Below the pieces are notes generated by a model. The model worked only from the letters and a program-made list of their open reading frames with translations. It did not search any database and was not told where the DNA came from. Of a DNA stretch of 64,000 nucleotides, positions 38,634 through 53,093 are shown in pieces. Source of the DNA: Lingula anatina (taxonomy: Eukaryota; Animalia; Brachiopoda); NCBI GenBank assembly GCA_051362555.1, contig CM120640.1:3472001-3536000 (forward strand), written 5' to 3'. Every line of letters starts with the position of its first letter. Within the stretch, counting starts at the first letter, position 1. Position numbers and translations under genes: made by a program.

Positions 38634-41600
38634 GTAGGAAAAGTAGTAATGTTACAAGTGGATTAAGTGCAATGTATAGGGTCTACGGTTACAAAAGCCA
38701 TCTGCAAACGGTTTTTCTAAGGCTGCAGATTCAGATGTTTTGGACCAGTAGTAAGAGTCATAAATACACAGATCGACTTCACAAGTGAATCTGATACAAC
38801 CTCTTGATCAGAACTAAGATTTCTACATGTTTTATACGAAAACCAGCGCATTGCACTCAGAAATCTCAATTGTGTCGGCAGATGATGTAATGCACTAAGT
38901 ATATATTGTCTGTCACGCTTCCAAAGCCTCCGTTTTTAAGTTCAGTTTTGCTTTAATATACAAGAAAATTAGCGGACGTCAACAAGTGCATGCGGCCACA
39001 TGTCACTGAATACAGTCTGCAATGAAAATTATGCATTTGAAGCTTTCTCCTCAGTTGGGATTAATTTTTTTATTTTAAATTAATTTTTGGAGCTCATTTT
39101 TTCCCTGAAATATTGGAGATTTTTCCCGTCCCTGTGAAGAGAAGGAGATGGGGTTTCTTCTACTCTTTTGCATTGCATGTATTTGAGTCCGCCTGAGTTT
39201 ACTGGCGTTAGTGTTTGTGTTCCGAGTCCTAGGCAGACAGTGCAGTCCACTTCTTTCTAGTAGCATAAAATAGAGTCTCCTGAGCGTATTAGATGCACGT
39301 TATCTATTTGTCAGCGTCACTTAATGATTAATGTAAACTTCCGTCAAGATCCCTCTTCACTGATAGCTTGACATTTTTGTAAAATTGTTACCAATTGGCG
39401 GTTTCCAGGGCTGTTCGTTTGTTGGGACTGATGGAAATGGGCAGTGGGGGTCTGTCCCAGTTAATGTCATTGTCAACATTAGCGACAATGGGGGATGTCC
39501 ATTTATGAACCTTGCGCCTTGGGATATATGTTTGCATTTCGATTATCCAATCGATACGTGTTTAACACTCGAGTCTCCCGTCTGATAACAGGATTAAAGG
39601 GTTTGCTTCATGCCGTCAGAATGGCCTGAACGGAACATATTCTTCAGAAAACATGCCCAACTAACGATATCTTTATCCAAATACACAAATTAAAAGCTCA
39701 TTTTGTAAATTTTTGGCTTTAAAAAACGTCCTATTTGCTCGGCCTGGGAGTTAATGAGCTACGTGGTCACGTGGTCCAATGACGACAATCGAGCCACTGG
39801 AGAACAGAGCGTGCTTAGCTGTCAAACTGAGCTGCATTGTCTACCTGTAAGATGACTTCTCTGGCTTCTGATAAAAGTTTATACTCATTCAAATCTCTTA
39901 CCCGAGGGGTCTAAATCCTCGTGAAGCTGTGTAAAACCATTTCCCGTCTAGTCATTTCTTTAACAAGCATTTCATTATGGTTATCCCAAGTTGTATAAAA
40001 CACTGCATTTGAATGAGTTAAGGGAAAAGTTGATTATTGCATATGAGGTCCATGTTATTTGTGAAATTCAATTTATTTTATTAAACCGCTGACACTCCGT
40101 CTTGCATACTTTTATTAAACTGAGGTAAACAATGCCCGTTACCTTTACAAGTCCTATCTTAATCATCCATCTACCTGGAACTTCCTTTACCTCTTAATTA
40201 GAGGGTTAAATGGCATTCAATTTGTCTTGCTTGTATCGAACGCACTCTCTATCTAAGCTTTACTCCAGTTATCTCAGGTAAAAATCTACCTGTGCGTTAG
40301 TTACAAAGCGCAGCTCCCGTAGACCTGGGGGTACTAGATAAAATCTGAACACCAGGTTTATCGAGGAGCTAGAGAAAGAAAGGAAGAATTTTTCCTGCAC
40401 AACTTCATAGGAATTTTAACACGGACTTGATCCAGCTTAGACCTCCAAACTAACAGGGTGACATGGGCAATTTTCACAAACAAATCATAAAACTATATTA
40501 TAGTTAACCGCCTTTAAAATAAATATACCGTTCTGGGTAAATTAAAATAGTTATTAAATCGCAAGAATATTTTTGACTTAAATGATGATTTTATTATTAA
40601 TGGAAATTAAGCTACTATATGAGGTACATTTGCTGTGATTACGCTGTCCTTCATGTTTTGCGTAAGTCTACATTTTGCTGTATGTGCTTGTAATCTTTTT
40701 AAATATGTGCGTACAATTTTTGCAGGTCTGGTTACCCCCCTGTTATGTGATGAAAGTATTAATTTGGCAATTAGTTCCTTAGCTTATTTGAATAGAATTG
40801 CAGTGTAAAATTTTCAACAAGATGTTGGCGAAATAGCCCATTACTCTTTGTAGGTATTTCCCCCGTCAAAGTTTGTCTAAAATTATTTTTCAATCTTTAC
40901 TCTTTCAAAGACAGTATAAAGTTACCTGACATATTTTCGTGTAAACTTAATGACAAGCCAAGTGTCTCCAGTTCATTCCGTACTCAATTTTACCCAAGCA
41001 AATTTTTTTCTTGAGTAGATCTTTATAGCACGTTGTTATAAGCTTACAAATTTGAAAAAAAAATTGCGTACTGACGCAAAATTTGCGTTTCAAGTTATAA
41101 AATAATCAATCTTTTAAATTATTTAATATTTCAGATGAAATAATCTTCAGAAACAAATCCTCAAAGCATAAACGAATTAGGATAACGAACCATTTTATTA
41201 TAGCAGTTCCCATTTTTTCTTTAATATAACGCTCTTTTTCCTGTTTTTCCTCAACACGTTTTCTTCCACGGAAGCTTCAAGATACCCTGAGAGCAATTTC
41301 TTTTATTAATGTTCGCGACCGTGTTTGAACTTAATTGTTTAAGTATTGATATTTAACGTCATTTACAAATACCAATAAAATAACCCCATGAAATAAATGA
41401 GATATATTGAAAAATATGAAAGCCCACCAAGACGAGTTTCATACCTGTTATTACCTGGCTTGGGAATTGCAGCGGTGCATAATTAACAGGTTTGTTGTAA
41501 ACGAGCTTTTGGTCAACTACAATGCATTTAAAATGCATCAGCAATCAGTAAGTTTGCCAACTGATGACAGTTAATCTGAAAGACTACCAGCTCTTGATAT

Positions 41601-42498
41601 GATCTAAACCACCTGAGGTGACCATGATCTAGAGCATCGCAACTATTGTCACCGAAGTTAGTAAGTAAGTCACGGAAGACCGTCACAGACAAAGAAAGAT
41701 TGTCAACGAAAGCTGCAATTTTGGTGAATCCCACGGCAACACACCGAGGCATAACGAAAATTCCTCAGCTCCGTTCAACACAACTTTCCTTAACTTCTCC
41801 GTCTGTATGCACCTGCAGCTCAGTTGAGTCTCATAGACCTTTATCGTGATTGTCGTCACAGTACCACGTGACCCAGATCTGTTGCTTCATTTTTGCATAT
41901 TGAGGTGAGGTTTACTAAAACGCCTTTTTTCTACTAATAGATTGTTTTTATAATTTTTAAATGGCGGGGATCGATTAAAACATACCTCTAGTGTATAGAT
42001 TGAGTGCTGTATCTTCAAAATTCGAGAAATGGATTTTTACATGAACATTGTCCTTTAATGGTGCTGCTTGATAAACCCTGAACTTAAGCTTCAGTTTATA
42101 GTTACCGTGGATCGATAGGAAAACATTTTCCGGGACTCTTTTTTTCCCCTAAAACGAGAAGCAACATGAAGAAGGTAAGGCAGTAGGTTTGAATGACGAA
42201 TTTTGTTTTTGATAAAAAAGCCTACAAAAGAAAACTTCAGCCAGAAGCGATGATATCCATTTACTTCATTTTCCTCTGGTGAGCTGTGAGGTTAAGAAGT
42301 TGAGGTTTAGATAGGTCATTGGGAAATACGGCGTAACGATCAATTAAAAAAGCCAGTCAGTCAGTGGTGTGCTAATGTTAAATATAGGCATTAGTTAGAA
42401 TGGTTCAACAGACTGGTTTCAGCAATCTACATCTACGTAAGTTTAATATGACGGAAGATAGCAAATGTCAACCATGTTGTCGATTTTTCTTTCCACAG

Positions 42499-43809
42499 AA
42501 AATGTCGCTCCGCTGGGCCGACGAGATGGAGGACAACGGCTCCCTGTGGGAAGGTCTGGGGACCCTGCGGGAAGAGGACGACGGCAACGACGACCTTAGC
42601 CTGTCTCAGTCATCAGAGGAAGACGGTGCCCCGTCTCCAGTCTATCTGAAACGCTGGGGAGTCCCCATTAAGACTGGTTTTGAGGAGCTGGAGCCCCTGG
42701 TGTCCAGGGAGATGGAGCCCATGTTCTCAGCTCGCCTTGGGTCAGGTTATTACTTAGAGAGAGCGTCTAGTAGTGAATCAATAGCCACAGATCTGTCCTT
42801 ACTGTCCTGTTCCTCTCTCGGAGTGAAAAAGGTCGAAAGAACTCGTAGAAAACAGTCTAAAAATCAGATCCGTGATACTGAAAATACGCACAGTAAAACT
42901 AACTGGGACCAAATATCAGCCAATGAAAACAGTAGCCTGACGCAGATGGTGTTGAAGGACGCTTCTGCCATGCAGGGGGTCGGCGGAGGCGCGTCTGGCG
43001 GTGCTTTTAGTTTGTGGAACATGACACGCGCCATTGAAGCTTTAAATGAAGCGGAGCGCAAGCTTATCTTAAAGACATATCATACCAGGGGGATAATGGG
43101 GGTTGTCAAAAGTTACAGCACCACCGACGTCAGAGAAAGTGGCACTTACACCCCAGTAAAGTTGAGACAACAGAAGACACTTGAACAAAAAGCGACGCGA
43201 ACCCAGTCCGCTTCGTCAGACCGCAGACCCTCCCGCGTCTCCATTAGGGAGTGTCCAAGCTCTGCAGGGTCGCATCTGCCTGGCATCGGTCAGGCGTCCA
43301 CCCGCGGAGGAAGTGGGGCGTCTAGGACTTCCGCTGACCAAAGATTGGTCAGTGCAAAGAAAGTTTTCAGAAACTTCAGCAGAATGAGCTCAAAAATGAG
43401 ACGTAAAATACTGAACACTTTGGCAGACTTGGACCATAACACAGGGTACGGTGACACACATCACGCTTCCATGGAAACGATGAAAGATCCGTCTGCGTTT
43501 CTTCGCATTGAAGACGACTTCCAGAAACTTCCGCGCATGCCCCAGAGGATACGCATAGCGCCACAGCTAGCTAAAGTAATCAAAGACGACATCAGAGACA
43601 GAATAGGGAAACCTAGATATACCGAAATCAAAGAGACACTCTTACAAAGATTCAATAAAAATTTGGACCAGAACGAGCGAACTCAGAGAAATTTGATGAT
43701 ATTCAACTGGCTTCAGAATTTGGACGAGAAAAACTTTGAACCTATGGAACCAGAAAGAAATCCCGAGCTCCGTATGCAAATGTATGGAGTTACAACAACA
43801 GTTCAATGA
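42499..43809 (+). CDS. Uncharacterised protein (orphan B), main coding exon ~436 aa
   Basis: Long ORF in a GC-elevated island. Acceptor tttttctttccacAG at 42498 means ORF positions 42400-42498 are probably intronic. ATG at 42502 (MSLRWADE). Confidence 0.8.
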   Translation, partial: KMSLRWADEMEDNGSLWEGLGTLREEDDGNDDLSLSQSSEEDGAPSPVYLKRWGVPIKTGFEELEPLVSREMEPMFSARLGSGYYLERASSSESIATDLSLLSCSSLGVKKVERTRRKQSKNQIRDTENTHSKTNWDQISANENSSLTQMVLKDASAMQGVGGGASGGAFSLWNMTRAIEALNEAERKLILKTYHTRGIMGVVKSYSTTDVRESGTYTPVKLRQQKTLEQKATRTQSASSDRRPSRVSIRECPSSAGSHLPGIGQASTRGGSGASRTSADQRLVSAKKVFRNFSRMSSKMRRKILNTLADLDHNTGYGDTHHASMETMKDPSAFLRIEDDFQKLPRMPQRIRIAPQLAKVIKDDIRDRIGKPRYTEIKETLLQRFNKNLDQNERTQRNLMIFNWLQNLDEKNFEPMEPERNPELRMQMYGVTTTVQ

Positions 43810-45813
43810 CCTGAATTACAAAATGATTTTGTCTTCTTTCTACCTTTACTTAGAAATAGGAAAATTTTATCTTGGGGGGACTAAGGAAACATTTCATCAT
43901 GTTAAGTGCTGAAGAAAAATGAACATCAGTTATCGAAACATTTACATTTGGACGAGCATTATTCATTGCTCTCCCTGCATATTATGACGTATTTCCATCC
44001 TTTCCTTTGTTGACTTTTCAATCAAATAGCCTCTGGCGTTCTTTTCCTGTTTTCGGGATAAGCAGTTACATGTTTTGGTGTCAAGTCAATTGGATCGGTG
44101 CTTGGTCATGTAAAAACCAATCGATTGCTCAAACAAGGTTGATTTTTTTACACACCATTTTCATGCAACTTGAATGCTCACATTTGGTGCTTTTTTTTTT
44201 TTTTTTTTTTTTTTTTGCGGTTCAAGACAATGTCACAAAGCGCAATATGAATAAATTTTTAATATTAAATAAGACCAGTTTTGGTTATTGTTATTGCATT
44301 TACCGTCACGTATGCTCGATTTATTTAAAACTTGAACGTAAGATGAATGAAACTCATGGTTTATCTTAGAAGGTGGCCTTTAAAAAAGAAAAAGCCAGAG
44401 ACAATACAAATTTTTTGTTACATTTTTATACTTTCTGTAGACAAAAAAGAAGAATTTAAAGAACCATGTGGAAGATAACTTTTTTGCTACACAAAGTAAA
44501 CTTTACGAACGTTAATCGAAATTATAATTTTTTTTTTTAACATTTAAGCCATTGGCAATGGACAGTTTCAAAAACAATTAGAAAACAAAATTTAACTAAT
44601 TGCAAAATTATAAAAATCAACTTGTTCATAAGCCGGCGTTCATTTAATGGCGACAGTAAATGGTACACACTATTCCCGGTTTTTTAAAAAAATCTTTTTA
44701 ATACGGGCGGCCCACGCAGTGTAAGGTTTTTGTTGGGAATATACACAAAGAGTTTGAAGTAGGTTATTATGTCCTTAAAATCATTTGAAAAAATAAACGT
44801 TTCATTTTCAAGAGCGTTAATCTGCAGCTAATGTTTTGTTCCAAATGTAGTGTTGGAATGCACAGACTGCAGTTTTCAAGCGTCTCCGGATATTAAAGTA
44901 AACCGTAGCTATTTAGATAGCAAACAGGGTATCAACATGCTAATTTGTACTTTATCGACATTCTTTAATTCCTGCAAATTGAATTTAAAAGAAAATTCCT
45001 CGCGAAAATTGGCGAATGAATAGGCCTTTCACACAATGAAATTGAGTTGGGATGATTTTTTTGGGAGGAGTCAAATTTAACTTGTGCCCAAACAATCAAA
45101 AATATAAAGCTAAAGAGTGATCTAAACAGGAGGTCAGAAAACAAATTTTCCTTTTTTTTTTTTTTTTTGGCGACAAGTAATTGCTCAACACCACTCACCT
45201 ACACTATCCCTTCAATGTAACCTAAAAGTAAATCAAAATATGATTTATACTAAAATTTTACAATTTACAAGCACCTAATTAATTGGTTAAATTATTTTGG
45301 GCTGTTTGTTATTTTAAAGCTGTACACAGGACGTCATAACATCGTCACCGGCATCGTAACACAGAGGTAACCGTGGGCCATTTCATCAATGGAAACTATA
45401 GGACCAATTCTTCGATCTCATTATTAGTTGTGCTAAGCTGGTATTGAATTGAGTCCATGTTACACGCATTCTTAAGTCAGCATAAACAATTCTTAAGTTT
45501 ATATTAGTGCTGTCACGGGTCTTGTAACTTTCCATGCCCGAGAGCGTCCTTTACGTCACATCACGCTGCGTTGTACGATAATGGGCATTTTTCATTTGCT
45601 TTAATACTGTATGACTTAAAGCCTGCGCTTCAATTTACTGCAAACCGTTCCTGAGTGCCGACTGAGTCATTTGTCATCTGTGAGCTGAATTGTGTTCTCT
45701 GTCCACCCGGTAATTTGTCCCTGGATGTTTCTGTTAATGGATAGTTTACAGACAGCGAGGTACGCGTGAAGTGTTGTCAGTCCTGGATATTACTTGGATG
45801 ATTGAGGCCGGTC

Positions 45814-48800
45814 ATGGCGCTTCCTCGCATACGGCAGGGCTCCCCGTGCCTGATTCAGGCACACTGGGACGGACAGAGTGACCAGGAGAATAATAATACC
45901 ACAGACTGGAAGAAGAACTCGTATTCGCTCTCAAATAGCCTTAACCTTCCGACCCTATCTGATTCCATGCTAACCGCTTGTCCAGCGAAGTTAGGGACAC
46001 GGTGTTTGTCCACGCCTTCGGTTTTTATACAGGAACGCTGCAATTCTCCACTTCTCCGTGCACGGCGTGATGAGCATGGTTCAAAGCAGTCCTCTCTGGC
46101 AGACAATCAAAAGTCTTTTTCTGGTCTTCTTCCTCTTATTCGAGTCACAAATTCCGACTGCGACCTTCGTGATTCTCAGAAATTTTCAGAAATTCGGGAC
46201 TCGAAAGAAAGGTTGACAATGCCCGCTGTGGCCCCAGGGGCCCACCCCCTCTGTCTAAGGAGGGCAAGGAGCCAGGAAAACCCGCGGCAACTGGGTGGCT
46301 GCGGAAAGCAGTTTTATTCTCCTCGGTTGTCGAGGAAGACTGTATTGAATACCAGTATTACGACGGATATATTTAGAAAACAGGGGGAGAAAGTTTTGAG
46401 TTTTGAAAGAGAGAATTCTGATGAGGCAGATGCACAAACATCGTCAGGTATGCAGCTCAGTGTTTCCTATATTCGTTTCACCATAACCGAAAAAAATATG
46501 TTACTGTTCAATTTATTTTGATCAAGTCAAAAATCCCCATTACTGATAAAATTGAGTAACTATTCACTTAAAAATCCCCATTTCTGATAACATAGAATAA
46601 CTATTCACTTAATTTTAATAAAGTTGAAAATCACTTAAATAATTGTACCGAAATAAAAATGTCAAAAGCATTAAAGATAACATAAAAGATTTTGAAGGTT
46701 TTGTTAAAATTGCACTCACAAAGCTGATGAGGTCTTTGGGCACACGATAAATAATCTGGTTACTTAAATTATTTAAAGTCCATTGTAATTTTCCAATAAA
46801 AGCCACATGCTACACGACAATAAAGATATGATTTACAAGATAGCCCCTTAACCTAGATTTACACATTTGACAGGCGAATATTTACTACAGTACATTTCCA
46901 ATAGGCATTATAAAGAAAGTAACTTCATGCTTAAATAGCTATTGCTTTAACAATAAGTCTTTTTATCAAGTAATGACCCAATCCTCAAATCACTTTTGAA
47001 AATGTACCATAAGATGAATTGTCAACCTGAACACACAAAAAATTAGTAGAACAATAAAAGTTTGAAACTCGTGTTTATTTTCATAATCTCGTGTGTCTTT
47101 TGTTTGAATTGATGTATTGATCGATCGCTGTGGGATCAAACTGATATCGATTAGCATGCAGTCGTTTAGCAAAGCTGTGCCACACTAAGTAACTTAACAC
47201 AATGCCGTGTATAATTGGTGCCTATTAGGGCCTATATATAACTTAACGGCACCCGGGGGTGGCTTATATAATTTTCCTAATTGGCGGTGCATCAGTAAAA
47301 CAACTGTGTATTTAATTGAAATAAGTCGATGTCAGCCTGATATGTTCAACCGCAGGTATCCTGTCGCAATCAATAGGTGTGAGTTAACACCTGGATTATT
47401 GTGAAGATGTTCAGGCTATGAACCCGTGCCTACGGACCTGTTACATAGCATATTCATGATATTTATGAGAACAAAAGGCCTATGATTTTAAATCCATGTT
47501 TCCTCCTATTTCAAGGACAATGAAATTGGCCAGGCCCAGTCAAGTTTACGATGTTTACATAGCATTGTGGCGATATTACTCAAGCTACCAATAAAACAGC
47601 CATGCACTCCATTTAGTTCAATCAGTTGCTATCAAAGTGACTTATTATAGCCTTCTGCGTGCACTTGCTCTTCATTTGACTATTGGCTATCACTATTTAG
47701 TTGATTAGGTTTATTTTTCAGCGGAGGATTTCCGTTGCAGGGAACCGCGCTGATCAAGAAGTGTTGTTTGATCGATAACCTGCCTTCACTCCTGTCTGTG
47801 GTTCCTGTGCTGAATATATAATCTCCGTGATTGAGAGGGTGGAATCTCAGGATGTGAATCAATAATACGGTTTTTCCATCCGGGATGTTAATTAATAACG
47901 CTGTTACCTTACATACCTTTCTATATTATACCTCATCTAAAATTTCCCGATCATTTCCTGTTGTCAACAATTTTTTTTCATTTACAAGTTTTTAGCATTT
48001 AAACCGAAAAGATATCTTAAAATATTATCCTGAAGTTTACGCCATATTTGTGTATGCCACAAACATGTCTAAATAAAATAATTTAAATTTAGTTATTAAG
48101 GAGATAAATACAATTGAAACAATATATCGATGTGTAAACTGTACTTAAACGCTTACAAATATAGGCTCTAAAATAAAAGACATTCAGAAACTTAACAATG
48201 ACGATAACAGATAAATCTTCAGAAGACAGGTTTCATTAAGATATAATAGACAGCCAGCATTCTAGACGTTCTGGTAAAAGATGCTCGTTATCCAATATCC
48301 GCTGTCTGACAATTATTTCAATGTGTTATTCTGTAAACTGACAACCGAATTGATTGTCATGCTAGGGTAATATGCATGTAGCTAACATGAAGTAATATGT
48401 TGCATTAAGCTTTAATAACCCCTTGTTTCCAAGTCTTTTTAATTGATTTTATTTTTATTTCCACTTAACACTTAAGTATTACCATATAAAGAAGGGATTG
48501 CTAGGCAATAAACTTGTCGCAAACGACAAAACACACAATTACCTGAATACATACAGATATATTTGAAGACATATTTCCCACATATTGGTTAAGAGTGTTG
48601 TCATTCTTATTTTCCATCCTTAGAGCAATATCAGCATGGTAGCACCGGTTTGCATTTGTTCTACTGGAAACATTGTTTACAACACCTCTAATATAGGCCT
48701 ACTTAAATTCGGTCTCCAGCATGTTTCCATTATCTATTTATATTTAACCTTTGGAACCCACGCCATTATCAGTTTTCATTCATGATTTATTGGAAGGACA

Positions 48801-49159
48801 CCCGCATATTAATTTGTTTGTGTTTATCTGTTATTAGGTGTCATTGTTAATTTATATTTTCTACAGATCCAGCAGAGAAAAAAGCGGCGTCCTCTTTTTA
48901 TCTTGGAGACAGCGTAGAAAGCCTGGAGTCACGTGAGGAACGGTATTCTTTGTCGTCTGCAGGAAGTTCTAGACAAACAGAAAGTCAAGAGTCACACAGC
49001 GATCGCAACTCCTTGTCGTCTGGTGGAAGTTCTAGAAACCAGTCTCAGATGGACAGAGCCGATAGTGCAAAGACAGAACAATATGGTAATAGGCCAATCA
49101 CAGATTCCCACGATGAAGGAGCCTGTCTTCAAGAATGCGAAAATTTAAACGACAGCTGA
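45814..49159 (+). CDS. Uncharacterised Ser-rich protein (orphan C), 2 exons 45814-46447 and 48867-49159, ~308 aa
   Basis: gtcATGG start; donor CAG|gtatgc (phase 1) joins acceptor ttttctacAG in frame with the 48950-49159 ORF; exon 2 contains the internal repeat SLSSAGSSR/SLSSGGSSR. Confidence 0.7.
46528..46612. repeat. ~41-bp tandem duplication, intronic
   Basis: aaaaatccccatt.ctgataa.at.g..taactattcactta x2. Confidence 0.75.
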
Positions 49160-50431
49160 GCATGTATTTGAGACTTCGTATCTTATAATGTGATGTACAG
49201 GAAGGGGCCCCAGTGATATCTTCTTTTAAGAGACTGATTTTCAGCAATGAGAACGATATGGACAAAATCTGTTTCTTGTTTTTATTTACTTATTTTTTTT
49301 AATTATTACACAAAATTCTCAAAGGTCGATAAGAAAAGTTGGCATGTTGTTCTATTCTCACGTATAGCTAGGAAGTACATGTAGCTTGGCAAAGAATCAC
49401 AACCACTGCACAGAATATTTTATGGACATAAGTGCAGTAATGTAAGGGCAAATTGAGAATCAAGTTGTCTCATTGAAGCATCATATATTAATTGACCGTC
49501 GTGTATGAACAAATAACGTTAATAAAAATAATGTTATAAAAAAGAACTTAAACGGCAAAAAATGCTTTTATTCACTTTCCGTAACAGATAGAATTAAAGA
49601 AAATTTGCATGCAACAACCACACATAGTTGGCACAACCACAGATATAGCACATCTTAGTACATCATGCTAGCTCATATATATATTACTGAATAAAGTTAA
49701 ATGTTACAAATGATGGCCGTGAAGTGATCGGAAGCTCAATAAAATGTCGATATATGTCTGTTATGCAGTGAATATCAACATGAACTTGGTGGGTGTGCTT
49801 GAAATGGCGCTGACATCGTTTAATTAAACCCTTAATGGACAGAAATACATAGGTTTGGTGCAAGTTCCAAAATCAAATATACCTTACAAAATACTTTTCA
49901 CATGTTAACTTGGCTTAATCTTAATAAACGTTTGCATGTTTTCCCCATTCATTCAAGTAAAAAGACATTCTTTTCATTTCGTACTGCAATGTAACATTTC
50001 CTACAAATATAAAAACAATTAAAGACGCCATACCCCCATGAATGGTTCTTTCAGTGTTAACAGACAAAAACTAATTTTCTACACGATACAATGCTACAGC
50101 ATTGGTGGGATCGGCGGGTATAGGTGTTTGGAGCCACATCCAAGGCCCAAACTTGTTTTTAACGACGAGGATTTTTATCAGTATGTTAAGGAAGATTAAA
50201 GTCAATGTTAATCCTTTGTTGTTTCCGTGATTGAATCACATCACTTTTTATGCGATTTCCTGACAAATCTGCCACGTTTGTGTACCTTTCTAAGCCATAA
50301 AACAGTAGAAAATCAACCAAACCAAGGGCTGATTTGGCAAATACGTCTCCATTCTGTTTGAAGTATCTTTGTGCGTCGTATTAATGTCTTCGTATCTTAA
50401 TGCAGCAAATGAGAGTTGTTCTAGAAGTATG

Positions 50432-50824
50432 TTATGGCATATCAGGCTTGGTTCCCTCGGCACGTTTAAGCCACTGCCATACGGAGTCGTTTTTATCTTG
50501 AGGGAGATACGGCGACTTGGCCGAGTCCGGGACGTGGGTCGTTTCCACTTCATTCACCTTTTGTACTACCTCTAATTCCCTTGGAGTAATATCCTTTCTA
50601 GTGTCTGTATCACGGTGCTTGAGATTCATCCTCTTTGTACGCAAGATAATATGATTTAATTGAGCCTCGTTTTTGCTGTGTCTACCCAGTTCTGGTCCGT
50701 GTTTAACACTGCCATTTGGGTGGAATTGCACGTGCGTGTAACCTCGCGAAAGTGTCAGTACTCGCGTGGGCGCACACGAATTTACTGTCAAAGCGTTAAT
50801 ACTGGAATGTCTGTTGAAACTCAT
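50432..50824 (-). CDS. Small uncharacterised protein (orphan D, ~130 aa from ATG 50824)
   Basis: ORF in a modestly GC-elevated patch; ends ...DKNDSVWQWLKRAEGTKPDMP, sharing the WL motif of neighbouring ORFs. Confidence 0.5.
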   Translation of the reverse strand: MSFNRHSSINALTVNSCAPTRVLTLSRGYTHVQFHPNGSVKHGPELGRHSKNEAQLNHIILRTKRMNLKHRDTDTRKDITPRELEVVQKVNEVETTHVPDSAKSPYLPQDKNDSVWQWLKRAEGTKPDMP

Positions 50825-53093
50825 CCTTGCTATTACAGCTCTACTGGACAACCTTGGGTGAGAGAAAATCTTCGTTCATGCTGTCTCTGTGATTTCAAAG
50901 TTCAATAAGTTAAAATGTCTTCGTTTCCAAGCGAATACCTGCCTTGCGACACAAGGATTAAATTAATATCGCAAAGTGCAATATTCTAGTAATCAAACCA
51001 TATGTGCAACTCGTTTTGCTGAGCGCCATCTTACATAGTTTTTCGGTGGGAACGAAAGCTTCCTTGCTTCTCTTAAACTGCTTCCAACTGCTCAGTTATG
51101 TGTCCAATACGGCCATATTTTGGTGGTGCAACTCCTCTCCGCTGTTTATTAATGGCGTTACAGAGCGTCTTTTACCTCATGGTGGTATCAAACTTGAAGG
51201 CAAATCTTATTTCACATCTGACCCACGGGGATCGCGAAGGATCAGCACGAATCATGCGCAAAATTGAGTAAACAAATCTGAATCAATTCCTTTCTTTCTG
51301 TGGCTATAATATTGGTTTAGTTTTCTCCTTTTATTTCTTCCTCTACAACGACCCAAGGTGAAAGCACAGCGTGTGAAAGGGCAGCCAGTGTGCGCAGCCT
51401 TTGGTAAACACGGACTATACAACTTAGTGTAGAAATTAAAATATTATGAAAAGTTTATTAAGCGAAGTGTTTATTGTTCGCAATCTATTGCCACTTGTTT
51501 ACGTGTTACAACAGGCAGGGCAGAGCACATTAAAGAGCCTTACCGACAGGTGGAATGTTGCTAGGGATGGAGACTTGTCGTCAGTACTTCGTCACAATGA
51601 AGGGGGATTAGCGCGTCTTATGTAATATATTATTCATAACACATTGGCGTAAAATAGTGCAATTTAGTTTTCAAGTAAAAAAAAAAACGCGTTAATATTG
51701 TATTTTTGAAAGCGTTAACATTCTGAAAAGAAACTTTTTTCATTCAGACGATCAAAATGAAGTCATACTCTTTAGTAACTATGTTATATGTTCTTTATTG
51801 TGAATATTTATTATAATTTTTATTTTACAAAAATGACATTTTCATTGTACTGTTTAATCGTTCATTAATTATAAAAATATTCATTTGATGGACTTGGAAT
51901 CAATAATGCTTTGAGATACGCTTCTCCTCTAACACAATTGTTACTTTAACAACGTCACTTGAGGGCTCATAAACACATTAATTTACTTTTTAGTGGAAGG
52001 TAAAGTATATTACTTTTTCCAAGAACCTATAACGCTAGAAATGCATTTTGACATCAGTTGTGTAAAGGCGTTCAGTGGCATTTTTGCACATGCACGACTG
52101 ATCAAATTATATAATTAAAATATTAGTGACAGGCATTTAGGTGTTTGAGTAGGAAATGATTTCACTTTGTTGTTCGATTTGAACGAAGATAAAAAGGCAA
52201 ACCCTATTACGATATATGAAGGATTTGCACATTATCTATATCAACCTGGTGATAAATATCCTTTTCAGCAAGTGCTCTTCTATATTTCTAAACAAATAAT
52301 TTATTTAGAGATTGTCTCTGGAAAGCAACAAAATACTGCCATGGGATACGATTTGTCTGATCACGTACCAATTACAAAATGAACGGATGTTTTCCAAAGT
52401 CTTTTATTTGATGACGGATGGCTAGTGAAAGAAAATCGTTGAAGTATGATTCCGATGACAGGTCTCGATTTTCAGATCAATGACTGATAGACTGATAGAA
52501 AAAACAACATATATGTGGGTTTCTAATTTTGCACTGACACAGACGAACATATTGATATTTGATATACTTGATCCTTTTATTGCAAATATCCACATTACCT
52601 AGCTATAAATATGTCATGGTCGTAATTGAGCATCTGATAGGTAGAAACATGTAAAAGAAGGCATCCCCCCACACCTCTACATATAAACTTGGACATCCGG
52701 TGGGACGTATAGGTATTATGATAACAACATTGGCAATGGTTTATCTTTGGTTTTGTCAATGTTTGAAAGTGTTTACCCTGCTTTTTATGTCTGTTTAAAT
52801 GTATAAAATGAGACATATAGACTTAAGCACCCGTGTGGCTTACGGACATGGATATGGCAAATACAGAGCACTTTGTAAGCCATATTGTCATTGTGTTGAC
52901 CAATCTTCCCGCTAGGCATCACTTGGGTCCATGATGTAACCACTCAATATATTGAAAGGTCGAATTACAAATTGCCGCAAAGCAGGGTGACATTTTATAC
53001 CACCCCATGACATTCAAACAATAAAAATCAATGACATTTGCCCATACTGTCCATATTCTCTCAGTCTGCCTGAAACTTGATTGTTATTAAAAA

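Noticed and set aside
42400-42498. ORF-track N-terminus MVQQTG...FFFPQ
   Set aside because: It runs through a polypyrimidine tract and AG acceptor, so it is likely intronic. The same applies to 58082-58175 for the BMP gene.
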